From an uncultured Caldilineaceae bacterium (GTDB lineage: Bacteria; Chloroflexota; Anaerolineae; 4572-78; J111), in NCBI GenBank assembly GCA_964407935.1, contig CAYOXS010000001.1:15324-68874 (forward strand): a stretch of DNA of 53,551 nt. The letters run 5' to 3'. Positions 38,102 through 46,116 of this stretch are shown here, piece by piece. The translations under genes and the position numbers were made by a program. How positions within the stretch are numbered: position 1 is the first letter of the stretch; each line of letters opens with the position of its first letter. Below the pieces are notes generated by a model, which did no database searches, was not told the DNA's origin, and saw only the letters and a list, made by a program, of their open reading frames with translations.

Positions 38102-39160
38102 TTATTCTCCTTTATGGTTTGAGCAGCGGGCAGTTGAAGCCCGTACAATTAATGTGGGTGATAGCATCTGGTGCCCCAGCGGTTCGGTGCAGGTATCCTG
38201 CAGGCGGCCAATCAGTCGCTTCACAGCCAGCCGAGTAATATCACGGATAGGCTGGCGCACGGTGGTGAGTGGTGGCTGGACAACTTCCGTTAAGAGAATA
38301 TCGTCCACGCCAACCACCGACACATCCTCCGGTATATTCAAGCCCAGGTCACGGGCGCCGGCATATACGCCAAAGGCGTACATATCGTTAATAGTAATCA
38401 TGGCTGTAGGGGGATTGGTTTTGCTGAGCATGTCGTGTGCTCCCTGTCGCCCCAACTCTACGGCTGTCGCGTCGCCAAAGTTACTGGCCATACCTTCCCA
38501 AACAAATTGAGGGTCAAATTCTACGCCGGCTTCCTCAAGGGCAGAACGATATCCTTCCAGGCGGTCCAGGCGGCTCACGGTACGGATTGGCCCCGAGATA
38601 AAGCCAATCCGCCGATGACCCAGCGCCAGCAAATGTTTGGTAGCTAATCTGGTGACCTGCACGTTATCAACGCCGATACTGTCAATAACAATCCGGTCGC
38701 TTTGTTGGGCAGTCCGATCAAAGGCAACAACGTGCAAGCCCTTGTCTATTAAATTTTCAAGATGCGTGTATTGCGCCAGTGATGAGCCAAAGATGATGCC
38801 TCTTACGCCGTAACCCCAAAGCTCTTCTGCATATCGTTGCTCACGGTCAGGGTTACGGTCGCTGTTTCCCAACAACACCTGGTAACCGCCGGCCAGGGCT
38901 ACCTCTTCTACCAACCGGGCAAAAACCCCATAAAAAGGATTGGCAACCGACGGCACAATCAACCCGATGATCGGGGCATGGCCGGTTTTGAGCTGTCGCG
39001 CGGCCAGATTGGGCGTGTAACCAAGCTGCTCAATAGCCTGCTGTATGCGCTCCTTTGTGCTGGGTTTCATCCGCTCAGACCGGCCATTAAGCACATTTGA
39101 GACACTGCTGGGCGATACCTTGGCCCGACGGGCCACATCGGCAATAGTTATCTTGTCCAT
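38102..39160 (-). CDS. LacI-family transcriptional regulator
   Basis: N-terminal HTH (ITIADVARRAKVSPSSVSNVLNG...AARQLK) followed by a periplasmic-binding-protein-like sugar-binding core. Confidence 0.9.
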   Translation of the reverse strand: MDKITIADVARRAKVSPSSVSNVLNGRSERMKPSTKERIQQAIEQLGYTPNLAARQLKTGHAPIIGLIVPSVANPFYGVFARLVEEVALAGGYQVLLGNSDRNPDREQRYAEELWGYGVRGIIFGSSLAQYTHLENLIDKGLHVVAFDRTAQQSDRIVIDSIGVDNVQVTRLATKHLLALGHRRIGFISGPIRTVSRLDRLEGYRSALEEAGVEFDPQFVWEGMASNFGDATAVELGRQGAHDMLSKTNPPTAMITINDMYAFGVYAGARDLGLNIPEDVSVVGVDDILLTEVVQPPLTTVRQPIRDITRLAVKRLIGRLQDTCTEPLGHQMLSPTLIVRASTARCSNHKGE

Positions 39161-39227
39161 TTTAGCTCCACAGACAGTTTCTGTTTTCTAAATCAAGAAC
39201 GAATGGGAAATTGGAAAAAGAGAAAGG

Positions 39228-39260
39228 TTAGTGCAACGATTTAGTATAACGATATACTAA
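39228..39260. promoter_or_regulatory. Two overlapping LacI-type operator candidates upstream of the regulator gene
   Basis: The stronger site is ttagtataacgatatactaa (39241-39260): 8-bp perfect inverted arms around a central CG. ttagtgcaacgatttagta (39228-39246) is a related half-palindrome. The pair lies 68-100 nt upstream of the lacI-family start. Confidence 0.55.
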
Positions 39261-39430
39261 CACATACCTGTCGCTTTGTCAATACCCTCTGCCCGGCATT
39301 TCCGTATTTGGCCCCATAGATAACAAAATGAGTCAAAAATAAGCCATATTCCGGCTAATTAGTGGTAAATATCGACTGATTCTTTGTTTGTTTCGCAGCT
39401 CTCGGCTGGAGTTAATCCTGGAAATCCTGA

Positions 39431-39452
39431 TTTAGTGTAACGATTTACTAAA
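39431..39452. promoter_or_regulatory. Third LacI-type operator candidate
   Basis: tttagtgtaacgatttactaaa shares the core TAGTnnAACGATnTAnTA with the boxes at 39228-39260. In the longer form gatttagt..actaaatc the outer 8-bp arms are perfectly inverted. Confidence 0.45.
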
Positions 39453-39691
39453 TCATAACACAGCAAGGGCAAGCTCGTTGCTTTTTATTACGATGATTTC
39501 TCTTGAAAGGTTGGGGCTATTTTATGGTCAGTTCAATTGTCGTGTTTTTTCGCAGGAAAGCAGGAAAATAAAAAAGTTGGCGCCACATATTGTGCCAACT
39601 AATCCCCAAAATGTTTTGGTGAGGATTATACTACGTCACGTCACCGGCTGGGTACACTACCTTAGGTTTGAAAGAAGTCAAAGCGTTAATT

Positions 39692-40214
39692 TAACCCAAG
39701 TTGTGGGCTAATAAAGACGATCAAAGCTATGAGCCAACATAAACTGAATAACCTTCAATCAAAACCAGCAGTATTGGTAGCGTGAATATGCTTGGGTAAC
39801 ATACGTTCAACCAAACTGGCCGAGGTTTCAACAATCTGTTGAGGGACTTAAATTGTTCAGCCACCTGTTGAAACAAGGGGACGAACACAGGCTGTAACCG
39901 CTTAAACCGACGACTGAATTGGCTCTTGCTCAACATCCAGGGAATGTACTGGGGTGTTCTGAGCCACCGCCGGGCCTGAGCATAGTTGCCACTGCAGTAC
40001 AACATTGCTACCAGGGCTATGGTTAGCACTTCGGCATCATTCATTTCGCTTTGTTGGTGATCCTGTCGGTTCATATAGTTTAGAAACTCGTCACAGATGA
40101 CGTACAGTGTTATAATTTCAGTCTCCATCAGTCTTTCCTTTCTGGTTTTGTTTGGCAACTTGACCTTAAAGAAAGACTGATGGTTCTACAAATCTTTACC
40201 CACAACTTGGGTTA
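39692..40214 (-). mobile_element. Internally deleted IS remnant (about 523 bp) with both terminal inverted repeats intact
   Basis: taacccaagttgtggg (39692-39707) is the exact inverse of cccacaacttgggtta (40199-40214). The element encloses only an N-terminal transposase fragment. Confidence 0.7.
39727..40128 (-). pseudogene. Transposase N-terminal fragment (IS982/IS4-like by recollection)
   Basis: METEIITLYVICDEFL...MNDAEVLTIALVAMLYCSGNYAQARRWLRTPQYIPWMLSKSQFSRRFKRL resembles the N-terminal DNA-binding part of IS982-type transposases. No DDE catalytic region follows. Confidence 0.5.
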
Positions 40215-40334
40215 TTTATTGAAACCTATAAAAATATTCCGCATCCTTAACACCATTATCCCGCCGAATGTATTTGTTTTCTGGCACAATGGAGTTGGTG
40301 CTCCTCCGCAAATATTTGAAACAGAGGAAAATTA

Positions 40335-40946
40335 ATGACCTACCCCAAACGCCTCATCGAGGTTGACCTGCCCATCAAAGAAATCTCTGCCCACGCCCGG
40401 CGTGAGAAGTCCATCCGGCACGGACATATCTCCACCCTGCACATCTGGTGGGCGCGGCGACCGCTGGCCGCCTGCCGGGCGGTGATCTGCGCCGCGCTGT
40501 GGCCGGACCCCGCTGGCGACCTCTGCCCGCAATCCTTCCGCGAGGCCGCCGCCCGCATTCTGGCCGATCTTGCCGAGCAAACCCGCCGCGACGCCGCCCT
40601 GGCTGGGCTGGTGAAAGATCACTGGAGCCACTGGCACCGCACCAACGCCGCCACCTTTGGTGGCAAGACGGAAGGTGGAAAGACGAAGGCTGAAACAAAA
40701 AACTCTTCTGCCTTCAGCCTTCCGCATTCTGCCTTTACCACATTAGACCGGGTGCATCAAAGCATGCTGCTCTTTGCTGCCGGTCGCAGCGAAGCCCTGC
40801 GCCGCTTTTTGGTGGATGACGGCGTGGGCCGCGACTCGCGTTACTGGGCGCTGGCCAACGCGCTCAGCGCCCTTTACCCGCCCGCCACCGATGAAAAGCG
40901 CTGGGTCGATGGCGTGCTGGCGCGGAAGAAAGGACTTGGATTTTAA
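40335..40946 (+). pseudogene. DUF1156-type DNA methyltransferase remnant; only the N- and C-terminal ends are retained
   Basis: The N-terminus [49 protein letters not shown] is the DUF1156 signature. The ORF is 203 aa, whereas this family is normally about 900-1000 aa. It has no methyltransferase motifs (no FxGxG, no [DN]PPY). The end ...[34 protein letters not shown] looks like the family C-terminus. Confidence 0.7.
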
Positions 40947-40952
40947 CCGTAG

Positions 40953-41006
40953 ATCACGCTTGCAGCGTGACCGATTAGGAGCAGGGCGTCACGTTACAAA
41001 CGTGAC
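40953..41006. repeat. Paired-hairpin element, copy 1
   Basis: Hairpin 1 is tcacgct-tgc-agcgtga (40953-40969). Hairpin 2 is cgtcacgtt-aca-aacgtgacg (40986-41006). Confidence 0.8.
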
Positions 41007-41024
41007 GTACGAAAAGGTAGAATT

Positions 41025-41267
41025 ATGACCGAAGACACCATTACCCAACTCAACAACCGGATTGGCGTTTACGATCAGCAGCAAATTCTGATCTGGCAGC
41101 AGATGACGCCGGCAGAGCGGCTGGCCGTGGCCGATCAGGCTTATCACTTTGCGCTGGAAATGGTGCGCCTTACCGAGCGCCAGCGTCATCCCAACCTGTC
41201 GGAAGAAGAGTTCCAATGGCGGGTCATTCGCCGGATGCAGGGCAACCAACACCTGGGGAGGGAATGA
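41025..41267 (+). CDS. Small protein of unknown function (80 aa), antitoxin-like partner of the downstream NTase-fold gene
   Basis: The ORF overlaps the next gene as ATGA (41264-41267). No family was recognised. Confidence 0.55.
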   Translation: MTEDTITQLNNRIGVYDQQQILIWQQMTPAERLAVADQAYHFALEMVRLTERQRHPNLSEEEFQWRVIRRMQGNQHLGRE

Positions 41268-41869
41268 CAATGGCCGGCCCAGTATCGCCACAGGAATTGA
41301 GCGGATTTTTCGCCACGGTAGTGCAAAAACTGGAGCAGTTGTCGTTACTGTATATGGTCGCCGGCGGCTTTGCCGCCATCTTTTACGGCGAACCCCGGTT
41401 GACAGTGGACATCGACATTGTGCTTGACCTCAATACCAGCCACATCCAACCGTTGCTGGCCGCCTTTCCCTTTCCCGAATACTACCTGAGCGAAGAGACT
41501 ATGCGCGACTCCATCCGCCGCCGATTCCCGTTCAACATCATCCAGACCGCCACCGCCGCCAAAGTAGACCTCATCCCCTTGCCGGATGATGTCTTTAGCC
41601 GGATGGCCTTTTCCCGGCGGCAGCAGCTAGTTTTTGACCAGGCTGGGACGAAAGCCTGGTTCATCTCCGCCGAAGATATGGTGTTGGCCAAACTGTTTGC
41701 CTGGCAGCAAACCGGCTCCGACAAACACCTGCGCGATGTGAAAGGTGTACTGGTGACCCAATGGGGTACCCTGAACCTTGACCTGATTCGCCGCGCTGCC
41801 GCTCAACGTAATCTGCTGGCTCAGTTTGAGCAGCTCTACGAAGCCGCCCGCCGCGAAGTGGAAGATTAA
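41264..41869 (+). CDS. Nucleotidyltransferase-fold protein (AbiEii/MNT-like minimal NTase)
   Basis: MVAGGFAAIFYGEPRLTVDIDIVLD carries the GG...DxD NTase motif. I prefer the ATG at 41264, preceded by GGGGAGGG. Confidence 0.65.
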   Translation: MTMAGPVSPQELSGFFATVVQKLEQLSLLYMVAGGFAAIFYGEPRLTVDIDIVLDLNTSHIQPLLAAFPFPEYYLSEETMRDSIRRRFPFNIIQTATAAKVDLIPLPDDVFSRMAFSRRQQLVFDQAGTKAWFISAEDMVLAKLFAWQQTGSDKHLRDVKGVLVTQWGTLNLDLIRRAAAQRNLLAQFEQLYEAARREVED

Positions 41870-41891
41870 CGGCAGGGTCGCTCCGTAGGCT

Positions 41892-41928
41892 ACGCTTGTA
41901 GCGTAACAGTCACGTTATAAACGTGACC
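41892..41928. repeat. Paired-hairpin element, copy 2
   Basis: Hairpins tacgct-tgt-agcgta (41892-41906) and gtcacgtt-ata-aacgtgac (41910-41928), in the same order and orientation as copy 1. Confidence 0.8.
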
Positions 41929-42024
41929 TACATTTGATTATTTGGTTGGACTGACTTTGTGACAACCTTGACCGCCCAATGACGCAGCGCCTTTTTTGAA
42001 ACCATTCGCCAGCACCGGCACGCG

Positions 42025-42540
42025 GTGGCCTTGCAGGCGGCCTCGCAGCGGGGGCAATTGGGCCAGTGGACCAGCCTACTCACCGATGTGGTGATGACAG
42101 CCTGTCAATCGCTGGGCTGGCGAGCCTCGGCCAAAGGCCACAAGCTCGATCTGCTGCCGGTGGCGCGCCATGAATATCTCTCGCAGGATGTGATGGCTTT
42201 TAGCCGGGGTGACAAACGGTGGCGTTTTCCGGTGGCGGTAATGGAACTGGAAAACCGGCAGGAACTCGATTATATCGCCTATGCGTTGTGGAAGGTGTTG
42301 TGCGTGCGGGCCGATTTGCGGGTGGTCTACTGCTATCGCCGCAGCAGCGCCGAAGTGAACACGCTGGTGCAATTTTTGCAAAACGATGTTATTGGCGCGA
42401 TGGGTATCAGCGGGCGTATGGCGCTCGATGGCCAAACGCTGCTGGTGGTCGGCAGCCGGGCCGAGGCCGACACCTTTCCCTACGGCTTTTTCAAATGGTG
42501 GGCGCTGGAAGAAAATACGGGGTTATTCCGCTTACTCTGA
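42025..42540 (+). CDS. Hypothetical protein (171 aa), possibly nuclease-fold
   Basis: The ORF has a GTG start. An ATG at 41979 (MTQRLF) would join this frame if the T6 run at 41992-41997 were one base shorter. The D...ELE...K spacing (QDVMAF...VMELENRQ...ALWKVL) is only weakly PD-(D/E)xK-like. Confidence 0.45.
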   Translation: MALQAASQRGQLGQWTSLLTDVVMTACQSLGWRASAKGHKLDLLPVARHEYLSQDVMAFSRGDKRWRFPVAVMELENRQELDYIAYALWKVLCVRADLRVVYCYRRSSAEVNTLVQFLQNDVIGAMGISGRMALDGQTLLVVGSRAEADTFPYGFFKWWALEENTGLFRLL

Positions 42541-42599
42541 CAGGCTGTGGGCCTGGCGGGCGTGGATAAACAAAAGTTGCGGAACGGAGAGGTACTGCG

Positions 42600-42845
42600 T
42601 CACTGCGCCAGGGTTTCCAGCGCCGGCCGATACTGCTCAATAAACTCGGCCACCTGCCTGGCAAAATCCGGGTCAATATCCGTCGCGGCAACGGGCAGCG
42701 CTGCCGGCGCAATCACAATCTGGTTATGGGCCGGGTTCAAAGCAACCGTCACTTCGCTGTCCGGGGACAGGCCCAGCGTGGCCACCAGGTCATCCGGTAA
42801 AACAACCACCATACCCTGCTCGGTTTTCTGTAATTTACTGATCAT
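42600..42845 (-). CDS. AbrB/MazE/SpoVT-type antitoxin-like protein with no adjacent toxin
   Basis: MVVVLPDDLVATLGLSPDSEVTVAL fits the swapped-hairpin AbrB-type motif. The protein is 81 aa. Confidence 0.55.
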   Translation of the reverse strand: MISKLQKTEQGMVVVLPDDLVATLGLSPDSEVTVALNPAHNQIVIAPAALPVAATDIDPDFARQVAEFIEQYRPALETLAQ

Positions 42846-42960
42846 AACTCACCTTCATTCGTAAGAATGCTTAAAGCAAGTATAGCCATCAACCCGTTAA
42901 CGTCAAGGCGGTGAGGCAATTCCACCGCTAACCGCCGCCAACATAATTCAGGAGATTCTA

Positions 42961-45693
42961 ATGGCTCTCAAACCCTGGTATCACGTTGTTTATCCCCGTG
43001 AGGATTTGCGCGAAGGCAAACCGCTGGACGCCGCCGAATTTGCGGTGCATCTGGATCAGGTGCAGGCCGGCCATGCCCCGGCCGATTACCAAAACCCCAA
43101 ACTCTTCTTTGAACGCACCTACATGACCCAAAACCTGACCCTGTTGGCCAGCCAGGTTATCCGCCGGCTGTCGGGCATCACCACCGAAACCTCGGCGGTG
43201 TTTAATATGGCCACCCAGTTTGGCGGCGGCAAAACCCACAGCCTGACCCTGCTTTACCACCTGGCCCAAAACGGCGCGGCGGCCAATAGCTGGCAGGGCG
43301 TGCCGGATTTGCTGCAAAAAGCCGGCGTCAAAACTGTACCCAGCGCCAAAACCGCTGTGTTTGTCGGCCAAAAATTCGATCCTCGCGGCGGTGATGATGG
43401 CACTCCCTTGCGGCGGACTCCCTGGGGCGAAATCGCCTGGCAGTTGGGCGGGGCCGAAGGCTTCAATCTGTTTGCCTCGTTTGACGAGGCCGGCAACTCC
43501 CCCGGCGGGGATACCATCGGCAAGCTGTTTCGGCTGGTTAACCAACCCATTCTCATCCTGATGGACGAACTGATGAACTACATCAGCCGCTACCGCCGCA
43601 GCGGGCTGGGTGGCCAGTTCTACAACTTCATCCAGAACCTGTCGGAAGAAGCGCGCAGTCACAACAATGTGGCGCTGGCAGTCTCCATTCCGGCCTCGGA
43701 ACTGGAAATGAGCGCCGATGACCAGGCCGATCACGAACGCACCAAAAAGCTGCTCGACCGGGTGGGCAAGGCCATCATCATGGCCTCGGAGTCGGAAACC
43801 TCCGAGATTATCCGCCGACGCCTGTTTGAGTGGAACCCGCAGGCCATCGGCCAGGGCGGGAAGGTCATCCTCAGCCGCGATGCGTTAGCTGTCTGCAATG
43901 AATACGCCGATTGGGTGGTAGCCCATCGCCACCAGGTACCGGGCTGGTTCCCCGTAGATAACGCCCGCGAAATGTTCGCTGCCACCTATCCCTTTCACCC
44001 GGCCCTGATCTCCGTTTTTGAGCGCAAATGGCAATCGCTGCCCCGCTTTCAACGCACCCGCGGCATTTTGCGGCTGCTGGCCCTGTGGGTGTCGCACGCC
44101 TACCACACCGACCACAAAGGCGCTTACCGCGACCCGATCATCGGTCTGGGTACGGCCCCACTGGACGACCCCACCTTTCGCGCCGCCGTGTTTGAGCAGT
44201 TGGGCGAAGCCCGACTGGAGGTGCCCGTCACCACCGACATCTGCGGTAAAAAAGAATCGCACGCCATCCGGCTGGATGTCGAAGCGGGCGAGGCGATCAA
44301 AAAGGGGCGGCTGCATCGCAAAATCGCTACTACGATTTTCTTTGAGTCGAATGGCGGCCAGTATCGGCAGGGGACCACGGTGCCGGAAATCCGGCTGAAT
44401 GTGGCCGAACCGGATATGGACATTGGCAACGTGGAAACCGTGCTGGAAGAATTGAACCGCACGCTCTACTACCTGCATGTTGATCGCAACACCTACCGCT
44501 TCAGCCTGACCCCGGCCCTCAACAAACTGCTTGCCGACCGGCTGGCCACCATCAGCAGCGCCAAACTTAATGAACGCATCCTGACCGAAATCGGCAAGGT
44601 GTTTGGGCCGGGGGTTATCGAGCGGATTCTCTTTGCCGATAAAAGCAGCCAGGTGCCGGATCGACCCCGCCTGACAATGGTGGTCTTGTCGCCGGATTAT
44701 CCTATGCAGGAGCCGGACACTCTGGCGATGGTTGAGCGGATGACCAAAGAGTATGGTAGCTCGGCCCGCACCTACAAAAGCGCCCTGCTGTGGGTCATTG
44801 CCGAAACCGCCTCAACCCTCAAAGATGATGCCCGTAAAGTATTGGCCTGGGAGGATATTGAAGATGAAACGGAAACCGGCAGCCACAAACTGGATGAAAC
44901 GCAAAGCCGGCAATTGCGTGAAAGCATTCTCAAAGCCCGCCGCGATTTGAAAGAAACCATCTGGCGTGCCTACAAAAACGTCACCCTGTTGGATCGTAAC
45001 AACGAACTGCGGGTGATCGATCTGGGACTGGTGCATTCTAGCGCCGCCGACAGCCCCATGAATTTGATTGTCAATCGGCTGCGGCAGGATGGCGAAATAG
45101 AAGATGCCATCAGCCCCAATTTTCTGGATCGCAACTGGCCGCCGGCTTTCAAAGAATGGAGCACCCGCGCCGTGCGTGACGCCTTTTTCGCCTCGCCGCA
45201 ATTCCCCAAATTGCTCAATGCTGATGCAATTAAAGACACCATTGCCAAAGGGGTGACCAATGGCATCTTTGGCTATGTCGGCAAAACCGGCGGTGGTTAC
45301 AATCCGTTCTATTTTGCCACCGACCTGCCCACCTACGATGTCGAAATCTCGGATGATATGTTCCTTATCAGTCGGGTAACCGCCGAGGAGTATCTTCGCC
45401 GCCCCACTCGTCTGGAGATCACACCCGCCACAATAACTCTCACCGCCGGTGAAATTCACCAATTTAAGGTAACGGCGTACAATCAAAATAACCAGGCCGT
45501 CCCACTGGATTCGATTAAATGGGAGGCCACAGGGGGAACTATCGATAGTACCGGCAAATTCCGGGCCGGCCCAAACGCTGGGTGGTGGAACGCAGTTTCG
45601 CCTGGGCCGCCCGTTTTCGCCGGCTGGCGCGGGACTATGAGCGCTTGTCCGAAACCCTGGTCGGCCTGCATTTCCTGGCTTTTGCGATGGTGA
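42961..45693 (+). CDS. DUF499-type P-loop ATPase (BrxC/PglY-like family), with the 3' end replaced by IS debris
   Basis: [31 protein letters not shown]...FFERTYMTQ...[15 protein letters not shown] is the DUF499 N-terminus and P-loop. AGGAG lies before the ATG. The last Ig-like segment ([24 protein letters not shown]...[16 protein letters not shown]) breaks off at about 45572. After that point the frame reads a transposase fragment out of frame. Confidence 0.8.
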   Translation: MALKPWYHVVYPREDLREGKPLDAAEFAVHLDQVQAGHAPADYQNPKLFFERTYMTQNLTLLASQVIRRLSGITTETSAVFNMATQFGGGKTHSLTLLYHLAQNGAAANSWQGVPDLLQKAGVKTVPSAKTAVFVGQKFDPRGGDDGTPLRRTPWGEIAWQLGGAEGFNLFASFDEAGNSPGGDTIGKLFRLVNQPILILMDELMNYISRYRRSGLGGQFYNFIQNLSEEARSHNNVALAVSIPASELEMSADDQADHERTKKLLDRVGKAIIMASESETSEIIRRRLFEWNPQAIGQGGKVILSRDALAVCNEYADWVVAHRHQVPGWFPVDNAREMFAATYPFHPALISVFERKWQSLPRFQRTRGILRLLALWVSHAYHTDHKGAYRDPIIGLGTAPLDDPTFRAAVFEQLGEARLEVPVTTDICGKKESHAIRLDVEAGEAIKKGRLHRKIATTIFFESNGGQYRQGTTVPEIRLNVAEPDMDIGNVETVLEELNRTLYYLHVDRNTYRFSLTPALNKLLADRLATISSAKLNERILTEIGKVFGPGVIERILFADKSSQVPDRPRLTMVVLSPDYPMQEPDTLAMVERMTKEYGSSARTYKSALLWVIAETASTLKDDARKVLAWEDIEDETETGSHKLDETQSRQLRESILKARRDLKETIWRAYKNVTLLDRNNELRVIDLGLVHSSAADSPMNLIVNRLRQDGEIEDAISPNFLDRNWPPAFKEWSTRAVRDAFFASPQFPKLLNADAIKDTIAKGVTNGIFGYVGKTGGGYNPFYFATDLPTYDVEISDDMFLISRVTAEEYLRRPTRLEITPATITLTAGEIHQFKVTAYNQNNQAVPLDSIKWEATGGTIDSTGKFRAGPNAGWWNAVSPGPPVFAGWRGTMSACPKPWSACISWLLRW

Positions 45694-45734
45694 TGCTCAA
45701 ACAGGCTGTTCATCTTTTGGCCCAAAGTTCATAA
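45573..45734 (+). pseudogene. IS5/IS4-superfamily transposase, last 53 codons only
   Basis: [53 protein letters not shown] is the characteristic C-terminus of IS5-family DDE transposases (RWxVER.FaW...rRL.kDYErl). Confidence 0.8.
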
Positions 45735-46070
45735 CACGCTTTAGTAAATGAGGTTAAGGCAACCCGAGCCACTATCCAAAGCGAATTAGCCGAACTTATC
45801 AGCTTGCGCGATGAAACCGAAAAGACCAAAAACACACTTGATTATGCCCGGAATTTGCTTACCGAATTTGGGCGACGAATTACAGAAATTGACTTAACCG
45901 AGGATGAAATTTCAGCCATGCCTAAACCTGCCAGAATAGAAATACTCACCCGGCGGCAGCAATTGGTGAGAGCGTTAGTTGATCGAGTGGACTTTTATCC
46001 AAATAAATTGGTCATAACTGGAACAATTGGAAGTAAAACGGTACAAATTGACTGTATGTCACTTGGCTGA
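45735..46070 (+). pseudogene. Large serine recombinase, C-terminal coiled-coil/tail fragment only
   Basis: The frame is open from directly after the IS stop. It reads NEVKATRATIQSELAELISLRDETEKTKNTLDYARNLL...ILTRRQQLVRALVDRVDFYPNKLVITGTI, which resembles the coiled-coil and terminal strand of large serine recombinases and the 50977-51723 ORF. No catalytic or zinc-ribbon part is present. Confidence 0.55.
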
Positions 46071-46116
46071 TAATCTGGCTGAACCACAGCCGCCGGAAAT
46101 CGTGATTCTGTTTGAC
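46064..46116. repeat. Right copy of the 53-bp direct repeat (partner at 17759-17811)
   Basis: Same orientation, 52 of 53 identical by my alignment. Confidence 0.85.

Noticed and set aside
39478-39711. 77-aa AT-rich ORF in the long spacer upstream of the LacI-family gene
   Set aside because: It has no ribosome-binding site, its composition is unlike neighbouring genes, and it runs into the IS terminal repeat. It is probably non-coding.
40953-41928. Interpretation of the paired hairpins as integron attC sites
   Set aside because: I found no GTTRRRY / RYYYAAC core pair at the hairpin borders, and there is no intI-type integrase nearby. The cassette idea is kept only in the generic sense.
42958-45486. 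Minus-strand ORFs of 258, 197 and 224 aa opposite the DUF499 gene, and the 131-aa ORF (40332-40727) opposite the DUF1156 remnant
   Set aside because: They are antisense to ORFs with strong family signatures and have no motifs of their own.
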